Part shown: positions 26,025 to 40,162 of the stretch, piece by piece
How positions within the stretch are numbered: the stretch's first letter is position 1
Layout: each line of letters opens with the position of its first letter
NCBI GenBank assembly: GCA_030324005.1
Contig: JARDVH010000042.1
Span: 108,432,101-108,496,100 of the forward strand
Reading direction: 5' to 3'
From: Negaprion brevirostris
Lineage: Eukaryota
DNA: 64,000 nucleotides
Made by a program: the position numbers and the translations under genes
Notes under the pieces: model-generated
What the model saw: only the letters and a program-made list of their open reading frames with translations
Told to the model about the DNA's origin: nothing
The model's database searches: none

Positions 26025-26650
26025 TATTTTTACAAAAAATTTACTCAGGTTTTATTTTACATCAACAGCACATCATAGAATTGTAGAATCCTACAGTGCA
26101 GAAGGAGGTCATTCAGCCCATTGTGTTTGCAGGTCATGGGATATTTAGCATTTTCCACCAACACGTGGAGCCTAAGACTCCGTTGGCTTGGCAAACTTCT
26201 GGTTGGGTGCTGCCTTCTGAGTAGCCTTAGCTGTAGCTGTACTGACTTTCTTTATTGCAGCTTTGATCTTTTTTTAACCGCCTCGGCAGCCCTGATTGCT
26301 CACATTGAGCCTTGTGCACTTTAGGCTTCTGATTCCTCCTAACCATTATCTCAGGAAGAGAGGCACAAGTAATAGCCAGTTGGAACTTCACTGCAGGACA
26401 GGAGCGCCTTTTCTGAATCTCTTCAGACCGCCCTTTTTTGTGCTTGCGCCTATACAAGATAGTCCAGTTGAGTTGTCGAGGGTTTCTCATGGAGGGGAAA
26501 GCTGGCTTACATTTTGAATTCAGAAACTGGAAAACCTTCCCATTTATTTTGGCATAGCGCATCCCATGACCCGGGTAGATTTTATACCCACTGCACAGTT
26601 CAACCTTCACCTTAATGGCAAAGATGGCGCGTGGTGACAAGAAGGAGGAT
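26025..26650 (-). pseudogene. RPL24: Processed (retro)pseudogene of 60S ribosomal protein L24
   Basis: The minus strand reads (V)[31 protein letters not shown]...[27 protein letters not shown]...QKAAPNQKFAKP...APRVGGK with no introns. The start codon is GTG at 26608-26610, two codons are lost after ELC, there is a frameshift near 26295 and an in-frame TAG near 26173, and the terminal TAA is at 26145-26147. A pyrimidine-rich 5' leader lies near 26640-26650 and AATAAA at 26051-26056 (minus strand). Confidence 0.95.
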
Positions 26651-27669
26651 TGTCCTGACTTGTAAACATTGGTTCCTACTGGAAGAGGGTGATTGTGGAT
26701 GTTGGTGGAAGAGAGGGATTGTGAATGTCGGAACACAGCAGAGCAGCATCAGCTGTGATACTCCTCATGGCCAAATAACATGCCTATGCTTATCAAGACA
26801 GACTATGTTCCAGCAGACGTCGTCATGCTCAGATGATGAAAGAAAACTGGGAGGGAAAAATTGATAGTATTGTATTCCAGTCTACTTTATGACAGATAAC
26901 AAAGTTCCTCCAGATGTTCAGCTGGTACGTATCAGTGTGGGAATGTGTGTGTCAGCAGAGAGCAGCAACAAAGCTGTAAATCTATTACTTTAACAATGTG
27001 CAAATTACACAATTTATTTGCCTATAAAAATCCAAGGCTATCATTGGATAAACAGTTTTGATGACCTTCTCAAGTCAGCTGGCTACCGATAAGGATTTCT
27101 TCTGGCAAATGAATGTCAAAGAGCTATCTAAAATATGAGACAGCTCATTTAAATGCTAATAAAATATAGCATTGATCTCCACTTTCACTGTGATCCCAAC
27201 ATCATTCTATTTTGCCCTCTTCATTGATGGGCCATTCATTTTGCTATTGCTCCAAATGCTGATGGTTCGGCTGTTAGATGTATTCATCCACAGCTTAGTT
27301 AAATTGCTGATGTGTATTGGATTTGCTGGTCTCAGTGCCTCAGTACAAAGATGAGTTTGTGCTGTTGGAAGGCATTCATGGGTAAATGGCAAGTGACAAT
27401 GTGAGCCAGTTTAGCTTGATTCCTCCTTACACACCACAACCTATCAACAAAAGCTGCCTAACCTTAAGTATAAAGAATGACATCTTGGACCAGGTACTGG
27501 GAGACATGTGACAGTGAATTTTGAGTAAGGGGACAGGAAGGGAAAAATTAGTAGGTCAAAGAATAAAGGTGACTAGGAAGGATATTGTCAATGCACTGAC
27601 TGAGTGCTGCAAGGCCCACCTCCTTGTGCAGGTAGCATTCACATCACTGATTCCTCTCTAGTCCATCTT

Positions 27670-28036
27670 TTTTAAAAATTTATTATTGGGCTGTGGGTGT
27701 CACTGGCAGGCCAGCATTTATTATCCATCCCTAATTGTCCTTGAACTGAGTTTCAGAGACATTTAAGAGTCAACCACATTGCTGTGGGTCTGGTGTCACA
27801 TGTAGGCCAGTCCAGGCAAAGACGGCATGTTTCCTTCCCTCAAGGACATTCGCGAACCAGATTTTTACAATAATCAATGGTTTTGTGGTGAATGTTAGAC
27901 TTTTGATTCCTGATTTTTATTGAATTCAAGTTTCACCATCTGTCGTGATGGGATTTGAGTCTGGGTCCTCAGACCATTACCTTGGATCTCTGGATTACTG
28001 CTCCAGTAACAATACCATTGCACCACTGCCTCCCCT
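27670..28036 (-). mobile_element. SINE (second family), near full length
   Basis: Reverse complement of the 4695-5360 family. Confidence 0.85.
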
Positions 28037-29354
28037 AACATGACCAGTTTTTTGAGATTTTCAGTCTGAAAGCAGGTATTTGTTGCATTGCCTGAGACCT
28101 GAGCCAGTCACTAGTTATGTCTCCCAGGCATATGAGCCGTATTAAACATTCATAGTTGATATCTGAGTCTCAGTTTAATACTGTATCCTTTTTGAGTTTG
28201 AAATAAATCTAAAGTTTTCTTTGTAATTAGTTCACGGTATTTGACTATTTAAATATTTGCATATTCATGACTTTGGCCAATGGTGAGACCTTCCAGTCCC
28301 ACAGCTGTCAACAGGGTTTTCCGTTGTTCATACCCGGGGAACCCACTGTGAGGGTTTGACATTGACAGGACTGGGTAATCCTGCCAGCAAGAAGAGCTGG
28401 AATGTCCCACCCAGTCTATATACCTGTTATATGTTTAGTCAGTCATTTGCTCCAGTAATCATAGGGATATATAGTGGGGTACAATTGAGGCCAAAAACAT
28501 GAGATGATCCTGATACAATGATTCTGTGAAGTTTAACATCAGAACTTCATTAACATTTTATCGCTGTTTCCTGCCCAGCAACCGTCAAATTAACAGCCTG
28601 AACTTCCTGGAAAGAGATCCACAGCTGTCAGGACGAGAAAGAGAGCTTGAACGAGAAGGGAAAGAGCGATTGGTAATCAGGGGCCTGAGAGGAGACTCAT
28701 GATCAGATATGAGTGGCTGAGACGTTTGTTCCATTGTGGTGGCTGGGGGAGCATTCCTGACCCATGTGGGGCATGACGAAAAGTTCTTGTAGGACTGGCA
28801 GCTCCTGCCTTTGTTTCGCTACCAGGTTTTCTGACTGTTAGGAAACCTATACTTCAGTTTAAATCAGGCTTCTGATTGCACTCTGACAATTAGATTTGAC
28901 TGTGTTAATTAGGATTTTGCCTCTCCACAGTTGAATGGCCATTGTGGTACGCAAAATTAGAGTGCACATTCCTTATATTTGACTCTTTAACCCAAGACAC
29001 TCTCCCACTATCATGGGCAGTGGATATTTTGAGCGCAAAGCTATTTGCAGAAACTAAATGGAAGCTAATAGTGTGGCCTATTTTTAGAAATAGAAACAGC
29101 TGCAATATACATTCACACAAGTTCAGTTTAGATTCATGAGTTATGTAGGTGTAGTAATACACTTACTTTCATTAATTGACTTATTGATTGCCCCAAAACA
29201 AAAATAGTTGATTGATCAAGATCATCATGATGTTTTTCTCTACATGAGTAACCAGTGTAATCCCATTCATTGCTCTCCCCCCTCCCAAAAAAAATTCTTT
29301 TATATTCCTGTTTTATAATCAGCTCTCTACTTCCAAGTGTAACCACTTTTTGTG

Positions 29355-29570
29355 ATCTGGTTGTTGTTGCAAACAATTTACGCACAGCAAAATCTCTCAA
29401 ACAGCAATGAGAAAATGAGCCAACCATCCACTTTAATGATGTTGTTGAGGGATATATACTGATCGAGACTGGGGAGAACTCCCATACTTGTCTTCAAAGT
29501 ACTGCTGTGACACCTTTTCCATCTGCCTGAAGGATCTGGATTTAAGATCTCACCAGAAAATGCACCGAAA
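29355..29570 (-). mobile_element. DeuSINE (SacSINE1/AmnSINE1-like) Deu-domain fragment
   Basis: Reverse-complement similarity to the central part of 55395-55830. Confidence 0.6.
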
Positions 29571-29764
29571 GATTGCCACTTCCCCAAAAAACAAGAAGTT
29601 GAATGCTCAGTATTGCTTTGCCAAAACAAATATTGGCTGGCTAGCCCTTTTAATTTTCAGTTAGGAAATCTGGGTGCACTGTACACAATAGCAGGTTCAG
29701 TGGGTCAGTGCATGCAGAGTAACATTTTCATTGATTCTTTCATGGTATCTGGGCCTCTCTGGAA

Positions 29765-30095
29765 AGGTCAGCTTTTGTTGCCTATCCCTAATTGTCCTTG
29801 AACTGAGAAGCATCTCAGCCATTCCAGAGGGCAGTCACGAGTCAACCACAGTGCTGTGGGTCTAGAGTCACATGTTGGCCAAACTGGGTAAGGGCAGCAG
29901 ATTTCCTCCCCTAAAGACCGTGTTAGTGAACTGGATGGATTGTTATGACAATCAGAGATAGCTTCATACTGAGACTAGCTTTTCCAAAAAAAATTAAATT
30001 CCACCAGCTGCTATGATGGGATTTGAAACCATGTCCTCAGAACATTCGCCTAAGTCTATGAAATACTGGCCTAAGTGACACGACCATCTCCCCCT
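29765..30095 (-). mobile_element. SINE (second family)
   Basis: atccctaattgtccttgaactgag...gagtcaaccaca...gagtcacatg...aaattccacca. Confidence 0.8.
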
Positions 30096-30707
30096 ATCTA
30101 AAGAAAGATTGGCCAACATTTTAATCCCACAGCCCTACAATATGTTGAATTTATAAGGGGTGACCAAATAACAGCTTTTACACATAAAAGCGCAATTTTA
30201 TTTTGAATGAAATGTTCTTTGACGTGTGCCCATAGCAAGAGTTAGACTTGCTACAGCTGTGCCCATTTGTGTATGACCTTACAGAGCAAAGAACCATCAT
30301 TGTGTTAAAGAATTCAGAATAACTGGAAAATGAAGCATGTTGTCAGATCAACTGAGCCTCAGATGATAGGCTTTTTTTTTGTAGTATTTTCTAACAAGGT
30401 TAGTGGTCAGGATGTGGCATTCAGTTGCTTTTAAAACCACTTAAGGTATCTGTGGTATTCATTAAAGATGCATTTCTTGATGGCAAAACACCATCGCTGC
30501 CTGACTCTACTGCTTACAAAACCTAGGAATGAAAATCAGAATGAGTCACATGTCAGTTTATAAGTTTTTAGATATAAATCATCCCCTCGGAATATCAGTG
30601 TGCTTTTATCTGATCAACCGTGTTAAAAAGCAGTAGAGAAAAGGATAGAATCCACAGAACAGATCTGTTTCACGTGAGAAGTACGTTATCATCAAAAAAA
30701 AGTATCC

Positions 30708-30833
30708 AGGGTGAGACTTTCCAGCCATGCTCGCCCCAAGGTTTGAAAATCCCACCTGAGGTCAACAGACCTTTGCATGGTCCTGTCTCTGCCTGCTATG
30801 ATTCTTGTGGCGAGCAGGATGGGAAAATTCTGC
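30708..30833. mobile_element. About 125 bp MITE
   Basis: Homologous to 62282-62410 and 23080, with imperfect terminal inverted repeats. Confidence 0.6.
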
Positions 30834-31809
30834 TGTTCATAGGAAGGTCCATTTAGTTGGAGCTTCCCCCTTTCTCTCCATGACCCTGAGTGGCCTGTAG
30901 TAGACATGCTCACTCCCTTCTAGTTGCTCAGTCATGCTCAGAGTAAGCACTCTCAGCTGGATGTCACAGTACTTGACTTCTGCTCTGATTCCACCATGCC
31001 CAGAGGCAGGGAAGGTGTAGTAGCTACTCTAGGTACAATAAGAAAGAGCAGTTGAACCTCCAAGGGGAATATTCATTTCCAGTTTAATTAGGAATGTGTG
31101 TTTAAGTGTGGAGCACAGTTACCTGTCAAGCTCTGTGGACGCGCTTTGGACGTAACGGCATCTAAGTCAACGTTGGGAAAAAAAACTTCCTGTCAGTTCT
31201 GAGCATCCCACTTGATTAGACAGTTCATTCCCATATTTGACAGCCTCATAAGGTCACTATGCATGCGCCCATGACCCAAGTGATGCACTGAATGTGTCTT
31301 CAATCTCGATTTGAACCAGATTTCTTTTGGTATAAATGGAACACAAGGACTGAGATTGGGCTTAAAAGCTGTATTATGTTTTATTCTTCTTTAGTTTCCA
31401 TCAGGAACTGAGATTTCAAAAGGTCTCTGTCCGAAATGATGATGGTAAAAATTGACACTGCAGCTAAAGTAGTTGAATTAACAGCATGGCTGCACTCTGT
31501 GTAGTCAATATGTGGGATCAATAGCACACGTAAATACCACTCACCTTACTTAGCAGAAATATCTGTGTTGCGTTGGGAATAGTGTGGGAAGATGGGGCGC
31601 GGAGGGGGATGCTCTACAGGCTGGAATATAGAAGGAAGAAGCTGAAAATTTGATTCTGTTTTCAACAACTGTTAAGCTCAGTGATAGGGCACTGTTATTT
31701 GTGTTGGTGCAGCATTTAATATTATCAATATAATAATGTGAAAGCTTCTAATTTTTCTTCAGTTCTGGTCATTCATTTGGCCTTGAATATTACTTGTTCA
31801 ATTTCCAAT

Positions 31810-32771
31810 TCAGTCTACGTGGACTTTAGCAAGGCCTTCAACAAGGGACCACATGGCAGATTGATCAGTAAGGATAATCACATGGGATCCAGGAAAACTA
31901 GCCAATTGGATATAAAATTGGTTTGCCAGTAGGTGATAGAGGATAGCAGTGGAAGGTTGTTTTTCAAACAGGAGGCCTGTGACCAGTGGTGTGCCGCAGG
32001 AATCAGTGCTGGATTCACTGTTGTTTGCCATTTATATAAACAAATTGGAAGAGAATATCAGAGACATGGTTTGTAAGTTTGCAGATGATACTAAATTGGT
32101 GGTGCAGTGTACAGTGAAGAATGTTATCTAAGACTACAACAGGATCTGGACTAATTGGGCCAGTGGCTCAAGGAATGGCAGTTGAAGTTTAATTCAGATA
32201 AATGTGAGGTGTTGCATTTTTGTGGACAGGCCAGGTCAGGACTTACGCAGTTAATTGTAGGGTCCTTGGGATTGTTGTCGAACAGGATACAGGTATATAG
32301 TACCTTGAAAGTGGAGTTATAGGTAGAAGGCGTTTGGCACATTTGCCTTCATCGGTCTGAGCATTGAATACAGGAGTTGGGATGTTATGTTACAACTGTA
32401 CAAGACATTGCTAAGGCCATGTTTGAAGTATTGCGTACAATTCTGGTTGCCCTGCCATAGGAAGGATGTTATTAAATTGCAAAGGGTACAAAATAGATTT
32501 ACAAGGATGTTACCAGGACTGGAAGGTTTGAATTACAAGGAAAGACTGGATAGGCTGGGCCTTTCTCCATGGAGCGTAGGAGGATGAAGGGTGACATTAT
32601 AGAGGTTTGTAATGTTATGTGAGGCATAGATAAAGTGAATAGCCAAGTTATTTTCCCCACGGTAGGGGTCCAAAGCTAGAGGGCATAGGTTTAAGGTGAA
32701 AGGGGAAAGATTTAAAAGGGACCCAAGGGGCAATCTTTTCACACAGAAGGTGATGCATACGTGGAATGAGG
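31810..32771 (+). mobile_element. CR1 LINE RT and C-terminal fragment
   Basis: VYVDFSKAFNK.PHGRL, VTSGVPQESVL, KFADDTKL, LYKTLLRP.LKYCVQFW and RGHRFKVKGERFKRD.RGNLFTQ. Confidence 0.95.
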
Positions 32772-33215
32772 AGCATAGGAAACTAGGAGCAGAAGTTGAC
32801 AAATTCAGCCCTTTGAACCTCCTCCGCCATTCCAACGGATCATGGATGATATCTCTCCCTGGTCTCAAATCCACCTACACCCCCCCCCGCCTCCCCCAAA
32901 CCATTCCCAATATCCATCTTTACCTTTTTAATTAGAAATATATGTATTTCCCTCTTGAAACCATTCAACGATTTAGACTCCAGTGTGCTATGGGGCAGTG
33001 AGCTCCATGATTTCACCAACCTCTGTGGTAAGTAGTTTCTCCTCATCTCAGCTTTAAATCTACCACCTTGCAACCTATACCTGTCACCTCCTGTTCTACA
33101 TTGCCCCAAAAGTGGAAACATTTGGTCTACATTTACTTTTATCAATCCCTTTTAAAATTTTATATACCTTGATCAGAACCTCTCTCGTCCTTCTAAACTG
33201 CAGTAGGTACAAGTC
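32772..33215 (-). mobile_element. CR1 LINE 3' end, tail-to-tail with the previous element
   Basis: Peptide KVNVDQMFPL...GGRFKAEMRRNY..QRLV..W.SLP plus the 3' UTR. Confidence 0.85.
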
Positions 33216-33352
33216 CTGCCCTGCCCTGTAACAGCAGAAACCACACCCCCAGATTCTCTGTGCACAGAGCTACCCACCAGTTTTCTCATACGAGAGTGCA
33301 AGATTCTGCATTAAAAAAAGTTGAAAAGCAGGAAAACATAAAATATATTTGA

Positions 33353-33548
33353 ACCGGGATTTTTCTGGTCCTTCCCGGTGGTGGGATCTTCCAGCCCCAC
33401 TGAAGTATAACTCCCCACAGCAGGTTTCCTGGCAATGTGACTGGCAGACAACACAATGGCTGTTGAACTTGGTGGGACTGGAAGATTCTAGTGGTGGGCA
33501 ACTGGCGAGCCACCTGCGTTGCCGTGAGGGAGCGGCAAATTCCAGCCT
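33353..33548. mobile_element. Palindromic MITE
   Basis: Internal inverted pair atcttccagccccac / gtgggactggaagat, with ccgggatttt...aaattccagcc ends. A related copy lies at about 28270-28412. Confidence 0.6.
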
Positions 33549-36097
33549 CAGCATCTATTTTTCATTATCCAAGGGAGAAATATTTCATTCAGAATTTGGT
33601 CAAAGTTTCATTTATATCTTAATTACCAGCATCACTTGAGTCAAATTCTATTTTTGTGGAAGTCAAGTTCAAAGATAAATGGACAACTTTTGCTATTTGT
33701 CTCCTTGGAGTCACTTGCCTCATATATCCTCTTCTCTGCAGCTGAAAATATACTCATCTGTAAGGATAAACCAAAATGCCATTAGAAGCCTTAGAGATAA
33801 AGAGAGAGCGGGTTGAACACTATTTTTGTTGAAGTCTGATCCTTGAAAAAGAGGATTCTTTCATTTCCATCAGCGGTGATTGAAAAGAGTGTAATGGATC
33901 AGACACGGAACAGCTTCACATTGAACAACCTCCAGGGGATGACTTCACATGGCAGAAGTTTTATTTCACGGAGTTTCTATTGACTTGCGAGTGACAAAGC
34001 AGCATGCAGCCAAATCGAGCTGCACAACGTGAAGAACTATGTGAACAGTCAGTCGATTTTATTGTGATGGGCATTGGGAAAATGTTCCACTAACAATGCA
34101 GAGTAGTTGCACTCTGTTGTAATTTATGGTACACTTATTGGTAAAATATGAGAAATAATCATAAATGGGGTCAACAGCAGCCGACAAGTCGTTTACGATC
34201 TGTCTCGTGAGTGGAGATATTTCATCCATATCGTACTGCCTGCCACCTGTGACATTTGTATTTATGGCCCATGACGCATTTAACACTGCAGCTAAAGGAA
34301 ATGAGTGGAAACCTTTTCATGATGTAATTTTACTATTCCTAATGTCAAAATAAAATGTAAAAATTATTGGATCGTGTTTCACTTCTTGCGGAAAGGCTAA
34401 ATGTGCTTTTCCCTGCCAGGTTTCTCTTTCCTTTCCGAAAGGCATTGACATCTGTGGACATTAGCACTGAGCCAAGGAATTGAGTGCTGTTGAGCCATAC
34501 GGCACCAATACTGTCCTCTACTCATGTCCACGTGATGATCTATTGGATGGTAATGAGAACAAAAAAGAAGAAACAAATCAACATGCCTTCTTTAACATCC
34601 CCATGATGTCGCAAAGCAACAAATAAGTTCTCAGGCTAACAAAAAAACCCCACTCAAGCCATTAAAAATCACACACAATGTATTAGCCACTGTTGGATTT
34701 TGGAGATTCTTACCCTGATTTTATCTCTGAATTCACCTCAAAACGGCAATGTGGGCATAAAATATCATGATTCAAAAAATAAGAATCTCTTCGGTATGAT
34801 CTCGCTTTCTGATTTTCTTGCCCCTCATCAGTGACATCACAAAGTTCTTGCCCAGGAAGGCAGGAACCTCATTTCAATAAATTAGTATTTCACTAAAGGG
34901 CTCCCTGCCTTATGTCCTCCCACATTAGGAATGCCTGTCACACCGGTGAGGTTTTCAACAGCTTTTACAAAACGTGGACCAGACAAAGGGAGCTGTAGGG
35001 TCCAGTCATTCCTCAGAATAGACAAAGACTGATATATGATGAATGTATTTTATTGAGCAGGATTTAAAATTAAAACATGATAGAAAGCGAAAAAAATAGA
35101 TTGACTAGAGAGAGAGAAGAGAGATACTGGCAAGAACCAGTCTTGTGCTAGTCAAAGAACTCAAAACATACTCTGAATTGAACGTCAAGCTGTAACTACA
35201 ATACAAGTTATTTCTTATCTGTGTTGTTGAAATTGTTTGGTACATGCTGTCTCTGACTACCAAAGCAATCCTTGCAACTGTGGCCCTGAAAAGCTGCTGT
35301 TTTTGCTTGCCTTGTATTTTCAAAGAATGCAGTCAATTTTTTAAGCTAATCCCAGCATGCCTGTGAATTTGAAATGTGATCAAGTTAGCTTTAACTTTTT
35401 AAAGCATGGCATTTAAATTTAATTGCATGGGCAGAAATATCTTAAAATGAAGCATTTGCATTAATGAAACAAACACAGCCAAGCATACATAGGAGCCATC
35501 TCGGGGTGCACAGATAAATATAACCCCTGTGCGGGGAGGGGTGGGGATGGAGGAGGAGGGACATGCCAGGGCAATTTCCTGGCATTACCCCCTTGACAGT
35601 GTTCCAGGAGGTCCCTCTGAGGAGNNNNNNNNNNNNNNNNNNNNNNNNNNNTGGGTGGGAGGGGTGCTTTTGTGTGTGTTGAGAGGGTTCTGCTTATCCT
35701 TTTGGGGGGGGGATAATTTTTTTAAAAAATTACAGATTGGGGAACCATTTTTAAAAGGTGCCTTGATTTCTGGAGCCTACCAATATGATGCCATGTGTCA
35801 CATCAGGAGACTCCTTCTGCACAGAGTAATGTGAAATGTGGCGAGAAAATTCGGCTGTGCAGCCTATGAGCTACATGCCAGTTTTCCCAATTCAGCTAGC
35901 ACTCTGCGCAAATCATTTCTCCGGTCACAACTGAATTAGAAATATTTCAAAATAGAAAATTTTGTATTTCATCAACCAAATGAATTTAGAATGAGTCCTT
36001 AACCCTTAACTTTTCATCTAAATGACTGACACTGGAATATGTTTTGCCAATAAAATGTTTACGTGGAGCTTTACATAATGAAATGCTAACAGTTTTT

Positions 36098-36378
36098 TTT
36101 AAGTTTATTCGTGTCATAAGTAGGCTTAACATGGTGATGAAGTTGCTGTGAAAATCCCCTAGTCACCACAGTCTGGCACCTGTTTGGGTACGCTTGGGGA
36201 GAACTTAGCACCTAACTAGCATGTGTTTCGAACAATGGGAGGAAACCAGAGCACCTAGGGGGAACACACACAGACACAGGGAGAACATGGCAAACTCCAC
36301 ATAGACAGTGAGCCAAGCTGGGAGTCGAACCTGGAACCCTGATGCTGTGAGGCAGCAGTGCTAACCACTGTGCTTCCC
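36098..36378 (-). mobile_element. SINE with HE1-like head and an alternative tail
   Basis: The head is shared with the HE1-like copies. The tail is the reverse complement of that in 39868-40160. Confidence 0.8.
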
Positions 36379-37754
36379 TAGGAGTTAACCTACATCATTG
36401 GATACATCCTCAGTTAGTAACTTACTCACCATTGGGTGAGTTTCTTTCACTGTCTGAATGTGTGGATTATATTGATGGCTCCTAGCAGCACTGAGATAGT
36501 TCTTGTAACAAAAAGGGATGAGTTTCTTGGGTCACACCATAACTTCAGTATATTCAATTAAATTCAAGCTGAATTTTAATGTAATCTTTTAGAGAGGTCA
36601 CCTCAATTTTACTAGGCAAGAAGCCTAAAATCCAGAAGCAGACAAATGAAGAATCTTGATATTGAATTATAACTGTTGGCATTGAATACTCTTAATTGGG
36701 GTCAGAGATGAATTTCTTCTGTTATCACAATATCATTCTCATTAGGGGGCCAAACCTGCTGAATCACCAAGTTTATGAAAGTTAGAATAAATTCACAGTT
36801 AGTTGGTGTCTTTGGAAGAACTGTCTTACCACCAAGATACAATCATAAACTGATAAAATTGGTGCAGCATATCATATTGATCCTCTTCATGATCTTTTTT
36901 GACTTTCTAAATACAATGACAGTGTTCCCTTTTGTTGCAAAGGTTCTTTTCTTTAGAGAAAGCAGGCAGTCATAGTGGTTTCAATATGCCAGATGCAAGC
37001 TATTTTCACAATTTGTCCATCTAAGGATTTGACCGTTTTGAGTGTTGGAGCTTACTTGCTGAACCAAAACGTATAATTGTTGGCTCAGGATTTGTCATGA
37101 GGTCACTCCTGTACATCATGTTTCATTAGTGCCTTTTCAGTAGACATGCTGTCTTGTTGGTGATCCACAGCATGGATTTTTCAAAAGTAATTTGAAAAGT
37201 TGTGTTGCTGATCGTCGCTGATGTCACTGATCTCCTTGGCTGTAAACCTAACATTGAAAGGCTGTGGGCATGGTTTCTCTAAGAAGGACTGGGAGACTAC
37301 CACGATGAAGCAATGTTTCCAATCAAATATTTTTAAAATTCTGTAGCACTGTTAGTGGCTTGGATCAGGAGTAAATATTTGTTTTCTGTACAGATAGCTT
37401 GATTTTTCAAAATATTGTGCATGTATATCTGTTACACTGTGCATAATAACCATAAATAGTGCCAACTCTCATTGTTGTCATTGTCTAGAGATAAGAAATA
37501 AGTTGATTATTGTTGTCACTAGTAGATGCTTGTCAGCTTTTCCAGAGTTCAAGGCGAAACAATGCCATGACTTTTCATTGGGATGTGTTCGCAGTTTAAT
37601 CTCCTGTGGCACATGACTGGTGTCTAACTTAACTGTTGAAGAGCTACATTTGCTTGTTTTCTTCTTGATGTCTTTGGCTAGTGGACACTGCATTCATCCA
37701 ACTTGAGTTCTTGATGTGGATTAATGGGTGTATAAAGTATTACTGCTCTTCACA

Positions 37755-38025
37755 GAGCCACTGAAATGTTACAGCACAGAAGGAGATCATTTGGCCCATC
37801 AAGTCTGCATGAACTTGCCACATGAGCAATTTAGTGCCACTCTGCCACCTTCTCCTTTTAGCCCTGCACATTCTTCATTTTCAGGTAGTTCCCCCTTGAC
37901 TGCCTCTATTAAACCTGCCTCCACCACATTCTCAGACAATGCGTTCCAGACCCTAATGACCTGCTGCTTAAAAAGCCTGTTTGTCCTGTTGCCTTTGCTT
38001 CTTTTGCCAATTACCTTAAATCTAT
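37755..38025 (-). mobile_element. CR1 3' end
   Basis: HRFKVIGKRSKG...FKQQVIRVWNALSENVVEAG. Confidence 0.8.
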
Positions 38026-39867
38026 GAATAAAATAACCCAGCAAGTAGGTCCACTTCCCAAATAATAACATAAGTAGTTATTCATTCCAGAGTATCTCTG
38101 ACAGACCAGAATCTGATATGAACTAGAATTTGAATATTAATTCAGTGACACTTCTGATAGGTCAATTCATTTCAATCTTTGTGACATTTGAAATCGATTT
38201 TGTCTATCTTTGAATCAGCAAAAGCAGGAAGATTTAATGCACTGATTATGACTTTAATGTTACCAGTAAAATAAAAATTAAGCCTGGTGGGTGTACCAAG
38301 GATATTTGTGATGAATTTTAGAGGTTCTTCTGCCCAGAAAAATAGCAGCAAGAGTAAAGAGTATTTTCCTAACTTTTCCAGGTTTTCTGTTGGACAATGG
38401 CAGGGCCCTGTGGAATTTCATCTAATTTTTTAAACATGTAACTTATTCTCACTATTTAAAATTCAGTGCTAATAACTCAATGGAAACATAATACCAATTT
38501 GTAAGTATCTACAGCTTCTCATCTCGGTTTAGCACAGGAAAGGAATATTTAGACCATGCGTAGGGAGAAATCCCATTTTCCTTCTGAAAAGTCTTTTCAA
38601 AATGTATTCATTTGTTTTGCCTTTGCAACAAGTTCATTCTAAAATTTCATTTGTGTAAGATTGGATTTGTTAGAATGTGTACAATTGATGACCCAGTGTA
38701 TAATGCATCTGCGGTAATGCTGCTAGGCAACCTGTTAAATTGCTAATCATGAACTCAAATCATCAAAATGTTGCAGCTGTTCGCATTGGATAGACCCACA
38801 GGGTCCTGTATTCACAGAGCCCAGTAAACATGACCCTTTTCTTTCCTGCAAGTAGTTACTTGCATTCTGCTTGAGCCATTAGGAGGGACCCTTGCTACAT
38901 GCATTTGAAACGACTTGTCACCAGCTGCAGGGTGAATAATCCATGGACCCCCTGAAACAGATCAGTACTTTGCCTGAACTGTGAAGGAAATCAGATCAGA
39001 TGTCTGAAGAGGGAGTCCTGGAGTGCAAGAGTAAGATTTTACTTTGTAATTCAGACAAATTGCAACTATAATCATGCCCCTGAGATTGACTGTGTCCCAA
39101 AGGCACTGATGTAGTTATATCTTCTTATAAGTAATAATATGGCAAAATATACAGGACCCAGCCAAACATCTTTTACAAGAAGAATAATCACGGATTTGTT
39201 GCCTTCTTTCAATACTTATTTGGTTATGTGGAATGACCGTGTACATAGTACATGCAAAGTCGTAATCATAAAATATGTTTTAATTTACCAACACTCTCAG
39301 TTATAGGTCATAATTCTATTGATCTGCCCGTCACTGTTATTAATGTATGTGTCGTTGGTACATGCAGGATAGTATGAAGTCTAAAATATTCTGATATTGA
39401 AACTATATGCCTAAGATTTCCCTGCACACATTTCAGGAAAAACAATATTGGATTCTATAGTTTGGATAGAAAAAGCTGTAAGTGCAGCAGGGCACACTCA
39501 GTACATGCCAAACACTGCAGTGCTATTTTCATTGCTATTACAGATGTAAAAATGTTACAGTAGCAGCAGCAGCGAACTTCTGTATTTGTAGCATTGTCAT
39601 CATATGTGTAAATACTTGTCCTTTTCGTTAACCTCTTGCAGTGATTATGTGCTTTGAAGCCCAAATTTGGATACACAAAACTGATTTACCGCCACAGGGG
39701 CCTAGCCAAGTACTCCATCAACAATGTTTTTCTGGATACTACTGCGGAATACAATTCACACTTGATGGTACCACGTTGTCCTAGAGATTAACATATTGTG
39801 CATGGAGGTTGATCCTAAGATGAAGCAGCAATACCTGGAAAGAACTGCAGCCAGGACAAGCACTAGG

Positions 39868-40162
39868 CTCGGGTGGTATGGTGACACAGTGATTAATACT
39901 GTTGCCTCACAGTGCCAGGGACCTGGGTTTGATTTCCGACTTGGATCACTGTCTGTGCAGAGTCTGCACATTCTCCCTGTGTCTGCCTGGGTTTCCTCCC
40001 ACAGACCGAAAGATGTGCTGGTTAGGTGCTTGGCCATGCTAAATTCTTCCTCAGTGTACCTGAACAGGCACTGGAGTGTGACGACTAGGGGATTTTCACA
40101 GTTACTTAATTGCACTGTTAATGTAAGCTTACTTGTGACATGAATAAATAAACTTTAAACTT
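39868..40162 (+). mobile_element. SINE with HE1-like head and an alternative tail
   Basis: ggtgacacagtg...gcctcacagtgccagggacctgggtttgatt...ctaggggattttcacag...aataaataaacttt. Confidence 0.85.

Noticed and set aside
26227-26736. 169 aa ORF as a functional RPL24 gene
   Set aside because: The ATG is lost, and there is a deletion, a frameshift and a nonsense codon relative to RPL24.
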